Of a stretch of DNA of 64,000 bases, positions 1-11,416 are shown one piece after another. This DNA is from an uncultured delta proteobacterium (GTDB lineage: Bacteria > Desulfobacterota > Binatia > UBA9968). The translations under genes and the position numbers were made by a program. The stretch lies in NCBI GenBank assembly GCA_963745835.1, contig CAVUZH010000016.1, forward strand, positions 64,001 to 128,000, written 5' to 3'. Within the stretch, counting starts at the first letter, position 1. Each line of letters opens with the position of its first letter. The notes beneath the pieces are model-generated. The model saw nothing but the letters and a program-made list of their open reading frames with translations, was not told the DNA's origin and did not search any database.

Positions 1-534
1 TTCATCTATGCGAAAAATCTTGGAGCGCCGGATTATCTGCCGCTCGATGAAAGTCATCCGTCCAAGCCGCAGGACGCTTACGGTCTTTCCAAAGTTGTCG
101 GCGAGCAGATCGCCGATTCCATCGCGACGGTACATAAAGGAATGACGATCAGCAGCCTGCGCTTTCCCGGAGTGAACTTCGATCTCTCCTACGCGAGCTT
201 TAGGGACAGGTGGCTTAACCCGCCGGCGCGGGCGAGTGGTTTTTGGACCTATATCGACGCGCGCGACGCTGCGATGACCTGCCGATTAGCCTTGGAAGCA
301 AATTTTCGTGGACACGAAGTCTTTATAGCGTCGGCACCGAACAACTGTATGATACAACCAACCTTGGAACTCATCAGAAAGTATCTCCCAAAGGGCGCAA
401 AAATAAAAAAGGTATCCGGCTCACATTGGAGCTGCGTAGATTCAGCAAAAGCCAAGCGAATACTTGGATTCAAGCCGAACCACGTTTGGCAGGATTATCT
501 GAAACAGGAGCAAAAACTTGCTACTTCCCGATAA
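1..534 (+). CDS. NAD-dependent epimerase/dehydratase family protein (5'-truncated by window edge)
   Basis: Frame 1 is open from base 1 (FIYAKNLGAPDYLPLDESHPSKPQDAYGLSK...). It has the SDR YxxxK motif (YGLSK), YIDARDAA and a C-terminal KAKRILGF. Confidence 0.85.
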   Translation, partial: FIYAKNLGAPDYLPLDESHPSKPQDAYGLSKVVGEQIADSIATVHKGMTISSLRFPGVNFDLSYASFRDRWLNPPARASGFWTYIDARDAAMTCRLALEANFRGHEVFIASAPNNCMIQPTLELIRKYLPKGAKIKKVSGSHWSCVDSAKAKRILGFKPNHVWQDYLKQEQKLATSR

Positions 535-617
535 CGCAGGTCTCAGCGAATTTCAAATTGCTGTTCGTTTTAGATTCGCTTCCTTGAGCATTCGGCTCCT
601 CGGTTGAATTGTTGGAA

Positions 618-2220
618 CTAACCCCCAAGTTTCTTTACCGGAACCCGTTGCTGTGAACGCTTCTCGCCGGTCTCGTAGTGTTCTCCCTTGACGGCCGCCT
701 GCGCTTCCGCTTCATCCTCATCCGACCACAAACCCAGATTGTATCCGAACCACGGGTCTTGCGGCTTGAGCTTGGGCAATTCCAGACGTTCCCATAGCTG
801 TTTAGCGCGTTCCATATATTCTTTTTTCGGCAGCGACACCGGTGGATAATCCCACTTGCGTGTCGCATCGATCAGCATCGCAGAAGCGCCGGCCAATTCG
901 TTTAATGAGTTGTCCAATTCTTTGCCCGGCGGAAATACAGACGGATCCATTTGCGGCGTGCGATTGCGAATGATCAAAACATCGCGGTGTGGCTGCATCC
1001 GAAAGGCCAAAGCCCAGAAAAGAGAATCGAGATTGCGCGGGTTGATATCTTCGTCGACGGCGATCACCATCTTGCCCGTGGCGGGATTGTAACCCACCAT
1101 GCTGTGCAGCGCCTGCCAGACGTGCGCCTGGTTGATCTTTTTCATTTTGATCACACAAATCTGCCGCACGGCGATGCTGTGAAAGGCGACTTCGACGATC
1201 CCTGGGATGTTACATTGGTCCCGCAGAAAGCGCAGATAGTTTCCTTCAGCGGCAACCTGACGCATGACGCTCGACTCGCTAGGCGGCATCTGGCTGATGA
1301 TAGTGGCGAAGATCGGCTTTTTGCGGTGCGTGATGCACTTCACCTCGAAATAAGGATTGAGCAATCGTTCGGCAATGTAACCGGTGGACTCGCCGAACGG
1401 GGCTTCCGGCTCCAAGAACTCCGTGGAGATTTCACCTTCGATTACAATTTCGGCGTTCGCCGGCACGAGCAATGTCATGGGTGATGCACTTGACGACTTC
1501 AATCGGCGCGCCGGCAAGGCCGCCGGCGATATCGAGCTCGCTTACGCTAAACGGCACTCGAGCCGGCGCGGTATAGGCCACCGATGGCGGGGCCCCGATG
1601 ACCAAAGCGGCTTGTAGGGGTATGCCGCGCTCCTGGCATTTGCGCCAATGATAGCCGCCGTGATTGCTCGAGCTCAGAAACACACCAGTGCGGATCGGAC
1701 TCTTGATATGACCGCGGTAGTTGCCGATGTTGATCAGTCCGGTCTCGGGATCTTTGGTAAACCAATGCGACGCGGTAGTGAAAGGCGCGCAGTCGTAACC
1801 CGGCGTTGAAATCGGAATCGGAAATTCACCCAGGCCGCCCTTTTCCAGCAATGACGCCCCCATGTGAACTTCTTCGTGCACCGGTGCGTTCTCGACGACC
1901 TTCGGCGCGATCGGCTGGCTCTGCGCTTTGCTCCAACGCTCGACGATCTCCTCTGGCTTGCACTGCAATCCGAAGCCGTAAATTTGTCGCGAAGCGGCCA
2001 AGGTTCCGACCACCACCGGGATGTCGTACTTGCGTCCTTTGACATCAATGACGTTAGTAAACATGAACGCACGCCGTTCTTCTTCGGAAAGCCCGCGAAA
2101 CTGCCAGCGCACCAGCGGCATGAGCTCGGTGTCCTTATTGATTTGCTCATCAATCGTGACCAGCAATCCCGCTTGGTCCAGCGCCGCGATGTGCTCTCTC
2201 AAGTCCTTAAAATATCCCAT
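618..2220 (-). CDS. UbiD family (prFMN-dependent) decarboxylase, frameshifted near 1460
   Basis: ORF 1432..2250 gives the N-terminus (MGYFKDLREHIAAL, NIGNYRG). ORF 618..1517 gives the C-terminus (EIVIEG, EAPFGE, VDEDINP, IDATRK). The two join by one indel. Confidence 0.9.
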
Positions 2221-2324
2221 ACCCAGTCTCCTTAACCTTACTTTAGTCACTGGTGATATTTGATTTCCCGCTGGAAAGCCAGGGCAACAGGAGCGACAAT
2301 GGGCCTGAGGCTCGCCCGAAAATC

Positions 2325-2428
2325 TGTCACCCTGAGCGCCAGCGAAGGGTCTGCTTTTTGCGCCGTATTTTGTCTAGCCCAACCGAAACGCAAGCAGATT
2401 CTTCGTCGCTCCGCTCCTTACAATGACA
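2325..2428. repeat. REP-like imperfect palindrome (TGTCACCCTGAGC...GCGAAGGGTCTGCTT / AAGCAGATTCTTCG...AATGACA)
   Basis: Intergenic inverted arms at 2325-2356 and 2392-2428. Degenerate half copies occur near 43897 and 57166. Confidence 0.6.
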
Positions 2429-2553
2429 CGATGACAGATACGGCAAGGTTAGGGGTCAGTGGATTTACTTTGCGCGATTTCCTCGGCGCGGGATGTTCGG
2501 ATTTGGTTGTGGCTGCACCGTCTGGGTTTGTTGTTGTAGAGGGTTCGAATTTC

Positions 2554-4132
2554 TCAGAAACCTAGGGCGCAGCCGCCTTTGCGCGGATCCGATCCGCCCA
2601 CAAATGCGCCGGATTCGGAATGAATGACAATCGCGTGCGCGCCGCCGAAGCTTTCTGGATTGCCGCCGACGACTTCGTGGCCGCGGCGGGTCAATTCATT
2701 TTTTACGCTTTCGGAGAATTCCGGCTCCAATCCAACTTTCGTGCCCTCGATGTGATTGAAGCGTGGTGCTGAGATCGCTTCCTGCGGGGTCATGCCGAAA
2801 TCGATGATGTTTGAGATAAGCTGCACCTGTACCTGAGGCTGCACGTGCCCGCCCTTCAACCCAAGCGCTGCATACGGTTTTCCGTCGCGCAAAATCATGC
2901 CCGGCATCAGGGTATGCAGACAGCGTTTATGCGGTCCGATACAGTTCGGATGGTTTTCGTCCAGAGAAAACAAATGGCCGCGGTTCTGCAGGATGATCGC
3001 AGTGTCAGGCTCGACAACGCCGGAGCCGAAACCCATGAAATTGCTTTGAATGAAAGAGACAAGATTGCCTTCGCGATCGGCCGCGGCAACATATTCAGTG
3101 TCCGTACCCGAATCTGCATTTTGGACGTTGGCCCCGGCTCGATCCATTCGAATCCTTGCCCGTTGCGCCTGCAGCGTGTTTTTCAGACAGAAAGATTGGT
3201 GACTGTGATTTTCATAAAATCCCGATCCGCTATATGTCGATCGCGGTCGGCAAAGACCAGTTTCTTGGCTTCGATCATCAGATGCAACCTATCTGCGCTG
3301 TTTCGCCCGATCGATTTTAAATCGAAACCCTCGAGAATTTTCAGCATCGCCAAGGCGACGAACCCCTGAGTGGCGGGAGGCAACTCATAGACATCGTAGC
3401 CGCGGTAATTGGCTGTGATCGGCTCGACCCAATCGGAACGATGAGCCGAGAAATCTTTGAGCGTGAACAGCCCGCCATTCTTTTCAGAACAGCGCACGAT
3501 CTTTTCCGCGATGGTGCCCTTATAGAAGATATCGGCACCGTTTTCGGCAATGCGCCGCAGCGTTGCTGCCATACGCGGGTTCTTGAAGGTCTGACCCGCC
3601 TTCGGCGCGCGGCCATCAATCAAATAATTGAGTCTCGCACCTTCGTCAGTTTTCAACCTCGCTTCCGACTCGTGCCACGACTCTGCCGTCAGCTCGGCAA
3701 CCGGAAACCCTTCGTCTGCGTATTGGATCGCACTCTGCAAAACGTCGCTCGAGCTTTAGCCTGCCATGAGAATTCAACAGAGTCGCCCATCCATCCACCG
3801 CTCCGGGCACAGTGACGGAATGGATTCCTCGCTGTGGCATCTCCTTGAAGCCGCTCTTACGGCAGAACTCCAAATTCACTCCATACGGCGATCTCCCGCT
3901 CGCATCCAGGGCCTTGAGAGCCTTGTCTTTGGCAGAATAGAACAGTGCAAAGGCATCGCCGCCGATTCCGATCGAGCTCGGCTCGACAACGCCAAGCACC
4001 GCCGCAGTGGCAATTGCTGCATCGATGGCATTGCCGCCGTTCATCAAAATCTTAACGCCGGCTAAGGTCGCGAGCGGCTGGCTGGACGACCACCATGCCG
4101 TTTTTTGCTATTGTTGAAAATTGTTCCGCCAT
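2554..4132 (-). CDS. ggt: Gamma-glutamyltransferase, frameshifted (about 3 indels)
   Basis: Pieces: KNGMV..SQPLATLAG, GGNAIDAAIATAAVLGVVEP, IGGDAF, VTVPGAVDGW, nucleophile region DTEY, QSNFMGFGSG, LQNRG, HTLMPG, GGSDPRKGGCALGF. Confidence 0.9.
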
Positions 4133-4257
4133 CGTTCTCTTTATGAATGGACCATCCGCAACGAGCTGCTTGTATGGATAGACGGTTCCAATGTTCTCCG
4201 AACTAGTCGTACCCGAATGTTCTTATGGAGGCAGTATCCGGTCGCTCGCTTCGTCAA

Positions 4258-4611
4258 TCACTTCGGCCAGCGCCGGCTGACGGCCATATCCACCCAGTGG
4301 CCGTCGGGATCTTGGATCCGATGGTCAGAATCTTTGTCAGCCTTAGAGTCGATCTCGGCGGCAAATCCCGATTCGTCCAGCCTTCGTTTAATATCTTCGA
4401 GGTCATCGACCTCGAAACCGAAATGGTTGATGCCTTCTTTTTGTTCGTCTCGTTTGACCTCAATCAACGCGATATTCACGTCGCCATCGGACATGTAAAT
4501 GGCGCCGCCAAAACCACGCTTGGGCTCCAGGCCAAAAACCTTCTGATAAAATTCGACCATCTTTTCACGATTCTTCGTCATCACGGCTATGTGTCTGACT
4601 TTTGGACGCAT
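4258..4611 (-). CDS. VOC (glyoxalase/bleomycin resistance/dioxygenase) family protein
   Basis: RHIAV...FYQKVFGL...GINHFGFEV...IQDPDGHWVD, with an AGGAGG RBS. Confidence 0.85.
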   Translation of the reverse strand: MRPKVRHIAVMTKNREKMVEFYQKVFGLEPKRGFGGAIYMSDGDVNIALIEVKRDEQKEGINHFGFEVDDLEDIKRRLDESGFAAEIDSKADKDSDHRIQDPDGHWVDMAVSRRWPK

Positions 4612-4641
4612 GCTATTTGCCTCCTTCTTTCTTGGTATTTT

Positions 4642-5768
4642 TTAGAGCTGGTATAATCGCGCTGCATTCTCCCACTGGATCAATCGTCTTTCACTCTCTG
4701 GCAGATCGGCAAAGCTCTGCTCTGCTCGAGCGCGGGTGTTGGGCCAAGTGGATGTCGCCAGTGGAAAATTGCTCGACCACAAGATATTGGTCGAGCCCAG
4801 ATAATGCCGGACCCGCAGGCTCATTCGATCGTACCAGCAGGTAAAATAGCATTGTCGTCCAAACAGCTCCGACGGTTTGAGCGGGTAACCTTCCGACGGC
4901 AACCCGTCGGCATCCGACTGGTAATCGGCGTACTCAAGCTCATAGGCGCCCCAGCCGAGCGAAGCTTCAGCGAACACGACTTTCAGGTTGGGAAAACGGT
5001 GCAGCACGCGCGAAATGATGAAGTTGGCAAGCACTGCAATCGAGCTTACCGGGCGGACCACATGGCTGAAAGCAGCAGCCAGCGCTGGCGAGAAGTTCGC
5101 GCCCGGCTGCAGCTGTATCTTCGTGGAGGCGCCCGAATGAAAGCACAAAGGCAAACCGAGCTCCTCACAAGTGGCCCAGAGCGGATCATATGCCGGCTCG
5201 TTGATATGCGGCACCGCGCGGAGCTCCATCGGCGATGCCGGGTAGATCACACCTTTATGCCCCTTCTCTGCGCAGCGCTTGATTTCGGCGATGGTTCGCT
5301 CCAAGGGCCAGATCGGAACGATACACTGCGGCACAAACCGTGGACTGACATTAGCCCATTCTTCTATGAGCCAGTCGTTATAAGCTTGCACACAGGCCAA
5401 CTCCAAATCGGCATCGGCGAGCTTGCCGAAAGCCTCGCCGGCCAAACCGCCGACAATCGGATAAAGAACGGAGTAGTCGACGCTCGTCGATGTCCATCGC
5501 CTTGAGACGTGCCGTAGCGCTAAAAGCCATCTCCGGGACATCGCTCCAGCGCTTCGGCTCTTGGACACGGTCGGCCATGAGCGCCCCGGCGATCGCGAGC
5601 GGGTACGGATGCTCTTTCGCCGATGACCCAGCACTGGGTGCCGTCGGCCTGCTCTTCGACATGAGGAATGCGATTGCCCCATTTTTGTTTTGACATTCGC
5701 GACGTCCAAACCTCAGGATGTTCCTGAACATGGTCATCCGCGCTAATAAACCCGTACTTCAATTCCAT
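4642..5768 (-). CDS. Amidohydrolase_2 family protein, frameshifted
   Basis: N-terminus MELKYGFISADDHVQE; C-terminus AYNDWL, YDPLWATCEELGLPLCFH, FPNLKVVFAE, ILWSSNFP, ENAARLY. Confidence 0.85.
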
Positions 5769-5796
5769 AATCAATTAGAGAGCAGGCGCTCTGCGC

Positions 5797-6946
5797 TTAA
5801 TTCAGTCGATAGAGCCGGGCCGCATTGCGAAACAGCATCTTCTCCCGGTCGGCGATGGGAACGCCTGCCAAAGAATGTTCCACCGCGGCCCATGAGTTCG
5901 GATATGTAGACGTGATATGCGGAAAGTCAGATTCCCAGAGAATATTGTCGATGCCGATATAATCGCGCATCTGTATGCCGACTGTTTCAAACCAGAAGTC
6001 GATATAAATCTGCCGGCGGAAGAGTTCGCTCGGCCGATTGAGAATCCCCTCCGTCCAAAGATGTCGCCTTTCCCATTCGTAGTCGCAAGCTTCCAAGACC
6101 GAGCTCACCCACCCCGCTCCGGTCTCGGCGAACACCCAATTAAGCCGCGGGAACTTTTCCAACGTTCCGGAAAATATCAAGTAAGGGACAATTTGTGTAG
6201 CCGTGCAGAAGTTGCGCAATGTGGAAACGCAGTGTGCCTGTCGGTTGGTGTAACCCTTCCATTGCGGCAACGATAACTTGCCGGCCAGGCCGGCCGACGC
6301 GTGTAGATGAACGGCAACACCCAGCTCCTGGCAGGACTTCCCACAGCGGGTGCCAAAACGGATCCGCCAGATTTTTCTGTCCTTTCACCGAGACGCTGGG
6401 ATCTCCGAGCATGTTGATGCCGCAATGACCGGCGGCCACCGCGCGTTCGACTTCGGCGACGATCGTCTCGATGGGACTCATGAACGGAATGGCCGCAAGC
6501 GGGATAAAGCGCTGGCTTGCCTGACGGAACTCGGCGAGCGCATCGTTATAGGCTCGTACGCACGCGAGCTCAAACTCCTCGTCATCGTAGAAGAACGTTG
6601 CTCCGGGTCCGTTCGGAAACAGCACTTCGGCATCGACACGATCACGATCCAAAGCTTTGAGCCGACTGATCGGATCATAGACTTCCGGCGGCACCTCTTC
6701 CCAGCGCTGCGGGTAATAGCCGCGCTTGTCCATTGCCGTGGGGCAATTGCAAACATTGCCGCCCTGAATCTCGCGGTTAACGGACCAACGCTCCACCGGG
6801 AATGAGAACTTTTCATCGCGCACTTCGACGATGTGAGGGATACGATCTCCCCATTTTTGTTTCGACATCCTGCTCGTATAAGCGTCTTTGCCGAGCTGCC
6901 CATGCGAATCAGAACTGATCAGGCCGTACTTTATTTCCATGCTCAT
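5797..6946 (-). CDS. Amidohydrolase_2 family protein, frameshifted near 6335
   Basis: ISSDSH, AYNDAL, FWHPLWE, FAETGAGW, ILWESDFPH, NAARLY. It is a tandem paralog of the downstream gene. Confidence 0.85.
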
Positions 6947-6974
6947 CCTAGCGAAACGACAAAAGATCGTTGCC

Positions 6975-8087
6975 TTATTTTGTTTTTTGGTCGTTTATTG
7001 CCGCAGCTTTCTTAACGAAATCAAAAACCGGAGTCAAATCCTGCCATTCCGGGCGGCTGACATCAAAGTAACGCCTGCCCTCAACGAGCCTGTATGCAGG
7101 GTCGACATCGTCTTTTGGAATGTCGATCCTCCGCGAATTTACTCCTTCATCGGAGGTCCCTTCTTTCTGAACAGCAATTTGACCCTTTCGAGAAAGATAC
7201 CAGTTGATGAAAATTTTGGCGGCATTCGGGTGAGGCGCTTTGTTGGCTAAACTTAGTGAGCCGCTAAGAGAAATACGGCCGCCCTCTTTCCAAGCACTGG
7301 TATCGAGAGAATCCACCGGCAAACCCTGCTTCTTTGCTCTTGCGATCTCATTGTTTCTGCAACCCAAACAGATGGCGAACCTCCCCTGAGCGAGCCAGTC
7401 CATCATCTGCCGCGGGTCGCCACTGAACGTTACATCCATGCTGCCAAAAAATTTCTTGAGAAATTCCTGACCCAGCTCTGGATGATAGTAAAGGAACTGC
7501 AATGTCGAACCCATCGTGGTGGACGTGGGGGTTAGAGAAACGATCTTTCCCTTCCATTTGGGACTTACAACATCCCAGTAGGATTTGAATTCGGAAGGGC
7601 TTACCAAATTACTGTTGTAATCAAACACCGAGCTGGGGTTGGAGAGATAGACAAAAATATACTGCCGTTCGGGATCAATGAACGGATGCTCCCCTCCTAG
7701 CCATTTTGATTGATCGAGCACCTCCGGAAGAATGAGAGTGGATTTGAGAGGATCTAAAGCCTTCGCGCGGTACAGCACATTGAAGCTGGTGTTAGAGCCG
7801 ACGGCAACCACGTCAGCCAGATATTTTCCGGCTCTTTTTTCTGCTATGATCCTCGTTGCTACGTCTGATGATCTCCCTCCGACCGAAGTTAATTTGATCT
7901 CGGGATATTCCGTCTTGAAGGATTCCAAGACTCGTTCGTAAGTAGAGGCATAGACGGTGATTTGCCCTTCTGCCTTCGCAGCCGCCAATGTTTTTTCCCA
8001 TTCCTTTTTCCAGTCGGTCTGACCCAGCGCCGCTCCCGGCACGATCGCGGAAATCAGAACGAACCAAGAAATAAAAAGAGCAAGCAT
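6975..8087 (-). CDS. ABC transporter substrate-binding protein (AfuA/Fe3+/SBP_bac_6-like)
   Basis: Signal peptide; AAAKAEGQITVY, PKWKGKI, APHPNAAKIFINWYLSRKGQ. Confidence 0.85.
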   Translation of the reverse strand: MLALFISWFVLISAIVPGAALGQTDWKKEWEKTLAAAKAEGQITVYASTYERVLESFKTEYPEIKLTSVGGRSSDVATRIIAEKRAGKYLADVVAVGSNTSFNVLYRAKALDPLKSTLILPEVLDQSKWLGGEHPFIDPERQYIFVYLSNPSSVFDYNSNLVSPSEFKSYWDVVSPKWKGKIVSLTPTSTTMGSTLQFLYYHPELGQEFLKKFFGSMDVTFSGDPRQMMDWLAQGRFAICLGCRNNEIARAKKQGLPVDSLDTSAWKEGGRISLSGSLSLANKAPHPNAAKIFINWYLSRKGQIAVQKEGTSDEGVNSRRIDIPKDDVDPAYRLVEGRRYFDVSRPEWQDLTPVFDFVKKAAAINDQKTK

Positions 8088-8295
8088 TTTTGTTATCGCG
8101 CTCGGCCATCGTCGCTCTCTTCTACATTAGTTTCTGAATGAAACAGATTAATGTGAGCTCGCGTTGCCGCCGCTGCGAAATCAAAACTGACATCATCGGA
8201 TCCCGCAGCAGGCTGCTATCTCGGGCTGTGGGTTGATGATCGATTATCGGCTTGAATCTTGTTTATTCAATTGCAACGGCAACGGGCCGCCAAGC

Positions 8296-8994
8296 CTAGG
8301 CCGCCTTCGATTCGGCAATTCTTGACATCGCCGTCGCCAACGCGCTGCGATAGGCGCGGTCGACGTCGAGACTATCGCGCGCGGCTTGAATCACCGCCTG
8401 GGCGATTCTCTCATCGGTGATGTATTTGTCATAAATCGGTTCGAACATATCGGAATGGTCTTCATCGGCAACCATGTGCACTTTCGTGTTCGCATCGAGG
8501 CTCTCCACCGTGCCACCCAGGTCGGCGACTTTCTTGTGGGCCAACCGCGCGGTAAAACCGCCGCCTTTAACGATGGCGGGGTTGTTTTTTCTCTCGGTAA
8601 TGTGATTTACGGTTAAGCTCTCAATCCATGGACGCGTCGTCGCCAGATGCATCCATGCAAAGAATACCGCGCGGACAGCTGGCAGCAGATTCGATTCCGC
8701 CGTAGCTTCAGCCATTTGCTCATCGGTCAGATGCGCCGATCCCAAGCGTTTGTCGAAGATCAACTCATCCTTTTCATGTTCCCAGATAGCCCGTTTAACA
8801 TCGAGCGGAGCTCTCACCGCCGCCGCTCCCCAACCATCACGACGGCTTTTGATGTAGTGCGGATAGTGCAGATCGAGAATTTTTTGCCGTTCCGGAGTCA
8901 GTTTTACCGAAAAAAACTGCCGGTATTCCGGCGTTTCGAAATGCCGGTTCACCATGTCATCGAGCTCTTGTCTTGTTTTAGGCCACAAACTCAT
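8296..8994 (-). CDS. Heme-oxygenase-like diiron oxidase (iron-containing redox enzyme; CADD/PqqC/TenA fold), divergent copy 1
   Basis: EHEKDE..H, ITE, and HMVADEDHSD (H-x3-D-x2-H) ligand pattern; homologous to the four downstream copies. Confidence 0.7.
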   Translation of the reverse strand: MSLWPKTRQELDDMVNRHFETPEYRQFFSVKLTPERQKILDLHYPHYIKSRRDGWGAAAVRAPLDVKRAIWEHEKDELIFDKRLGSAHLTDEQMAEATAESNLLPAVRAVFFAWMHLATTRPWIESLTVNHITERKNNPAIVKGGGFTARLAHKKVADLGGTVESLDANTKVHMVADEDHSDMFEPIYDKYITDERIAQAVIQAARDSLDVDRAYRSALATAMSRIAESKAA

Positions 8995-9082
8995 AGTTAC
9001 CTCCTGTAGGGTGTTCTAGTTATTCAGTGCGAAGTTACTTCATGGCGATAGCGTATTCTCTACTGTTAGTGGTAGCGCAAAC

Positions 9083-10114
9083 CTATGGCATGCCAAAGAC
9101 GTCGCGATACAGCTTCAAATACTGTTGGGCGTCTTGCGCCTTCTCCGGATGAAGCACGATTCGTTTGAAGCCCTTGATCAGCCTCGGCGGGTTCGGTTCG
9201 ACGCCTTCGCGCAAGGTCACACGGCTGAAGCTCTGCAATAACTGCTGGCCGGCCTGGGAGAGAATAAAGTCGATAAACAATTTGGCAGCGTTGGGGTGGG
9301 CCGCCTTGGAGCCGAGCATAATCCCGTCGAACTTGATGATCACGGGCTCCAGGTTTACCCAGTCAACCGGCGTGCCTTGGGATTTCGACCACTCTATCGT
9401 GTGAGTATAAGCGATGGCCAGAGGAAACTCCCCGACGGCCAAAAGTTGCGTGCGCTGCGTATTGCCACGCCCAACGATCGGATCCTGTGCGGCGAGTTTT
9501 TTGAGATATTCTGTTGCCGCGCCGCGGCCCCACGCCTGACCCAGTCCGACCAGAAGCTCGTATCCTTCATCGTCGACCGAGATTCTTTTGCCTTTCCATT
9601 TAGGATTTAGCAGGTCCTGGTAGTTTTTAGGAGCCTCTTCACGTTTAATCTGCTGCGTATTAAACCCAAGTCCGGTCGGCAGCGCATAGGTACCGGTCCA
9701 AAATCCGTCTTTGTCTTTCAAATCGTTGCTGAAGTGGCGTCGCTCAGAAGACTGGTACGGCGCGATCAATTTTTTCTCTTTGAGCTCGAAAATAAATTCC
9801 GGCGTCGTTTGCGAAACCACATCCCAACTCGACCGTCCGGCGCGCGCTTCCAGCAGGATCTTGTTATGCAGCCCGACACTGCCGCTGCGCCAGTAGTTCG
9901 CTTTGATGAAAGGATAAAGCCTCATGAACTCATCGACGATCTTTTGCGACTGATCCTGAGCGATCGTGCTCCACCAAAACAGCTCGCCTTCTTTTTTTGC
10001 CGCCTCGATAACTTTGGGATCGGCAAATGCGGCTGACGGCATTACCCCACAGAAAAATAGTGAGAAGCAGAAAACTGGAATCCAGGGGAAGCGCCTAACC
10101 AATGTATGAATCAT
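9083..10114 (-). CDS. ABC transporter substrate-binding protein (AfuA/Fe3+-like)
   Basis: AAKKEGEL, DLLNPKWKGK, AAHPNAAKLFIDFILSQAGQ. The ATG at 10114 overlaps the corrected stop of the upstream M20 gene (ATGA). Confidence 0.85.
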   Translation of the reverse strand: MIHTLVRRFPWIPVFCFSLFFCGVMPSAAFADPKVIEAAKKEGELFWWSTIAQDQSQKIVDEFMRLYPFIKANYWRSGSVGLHNKILLEARAGRSSWDVVSQTTPEFIFELKEKKLIAPYQSSERRHFSNDLKDKDGFWTGTYALPTGLGFNTQQIKREEAPKNYQDLLNPKWKGKRISVDDEGYELLVGLGQAWGRGAATEYLKKLAAQDPIVGRGNTQRTQLLAVGEFPLAIAYTHTIEWSKSQGTPVDWVNLEPVIIKFDGIMLGSKAAHPNAAKLFIDFILSQAGQQLLQSFSRVTLREGVEPNPPRLIKGFKRIVLHPEKAQDAQQYLKLYRDVFGMP

Positions 10115-11401
10115 GAAGACGCCTCTCTGTTGCATACGTCCAGCGCCGTCAGAGCAAAGACTTTCGCTACTTTCACTACGTCGTCAATGTTCTGATATTC
10201 GCGCCCGCCGGTGTTTGTGGCGGTGTCGGCTGGGCCGGGGTCCATAATTGATCGCCGGAATTCCGAAGTGTGTCAGAACGCTCGCGTCAGAATCGATCGC
10301 GCCGTACACATTTTGCGGGTCTTGGCTATAAACCTCTTTGTGAGCGCTTTGAACAGACTTGACGAGTTGGTGATCAGGCTCGATCTCTGCCCCCGGCACC
10401 GTTAGATAAAACTCGACATCGAAGTCGAATTCAGGGTCCTCGCGGCTAAGCTCTTTCTTCAGCCGGTTCAGAAGCTGCACGATGTCTCTTTTCAATTCGG
10501 CAGGCGCCTGTTTTGTTCTAATGTCAAGATAGAGACTGCAGATCCCCGATGGTCTGGCCAATCTCCAAGGTGTGCCTCCTTGAATCGCAGACATTCTCAC
10601 CACCGGCTTTGTTTTCATCGTCGGATATCGATTGTAAATTTTTTCCTCATAACCAGGGATCCAGGCCTTCAGGGCGCCGATAATTTTAAGCATTCGGTCT
10701 ATCGGATTGATTACGTGCGCTGAGTAGACCGTGTTAGCGGTCACCCCATAAGTCGAGATCTTCACCCATTGGGGGCCGAAATGGCCTAGCCTGATAACAC
10801 TGCCGGTAGGCTCCGCAACGATGGCCATGTCCGCGCTGTAACCGTGCGTGACCAGATAGTGAGTGCCTCTGGTGTAGCCGCGAAGTTTGGGCTCTTTGTA
10901 TTCATCAACCGATGCCATGATGATCTCTCCGATGACACCCGCCACCATCAGATCGCCCCGGAGCTTCACACCCGCCTTCTTAATGGCCTCCGCCGCGATC
11001 GTAAAGGCAGCCACGCCCCCTTTCATGTTCGTCGCTCCAAGACCGTAAATTCTGTCATTCTCAGCCACAGCGTGGGCACCAGAAGACACCGTCGGCAGGA
11101 GGCCGTACCCTCCTTTTAGCCCTACTTTTTCACGTCCGGTGAAGGTGGTGTCCATATGGCCGTTGAACATGAGGCTAAGACCGGAGCCATCGCCTTCCAA
11201 CACACCCACAGCGTTGTACCGGTCCTGGTCGGCCTCTTGTAGGATTGCTTTCAATCCGACTTTCTCGAATCGGTCAGCGAGATATTTCGCGATCTCCGCT
11301 TCCTCTCCTGTGGGGCTACTGATATTGACCAGATCGGTTAGAAGTTTTGCGGTTGTTTGCTTATCAATAAGTTCCAAGACACTTTTCGTTTCGTCGGCCA
11401 T
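10111..11401 (-). CDS. M20/M25/M40 metallo-hydrolase (ArgE/DapE-like), C-terminal frameshift near 10238
   Basis: SPTGEE, FNGHMDT, GLGATNMKGG, IVAEPT. Removing one base in the G-run restores NYGPGPAD...EYQNIDDVVKVAKVFALTALDVC, ending at TGA 10111. Confidence 0.85.
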
Positions 11402-11416
11402 CGTTCTCTCCTTGGT

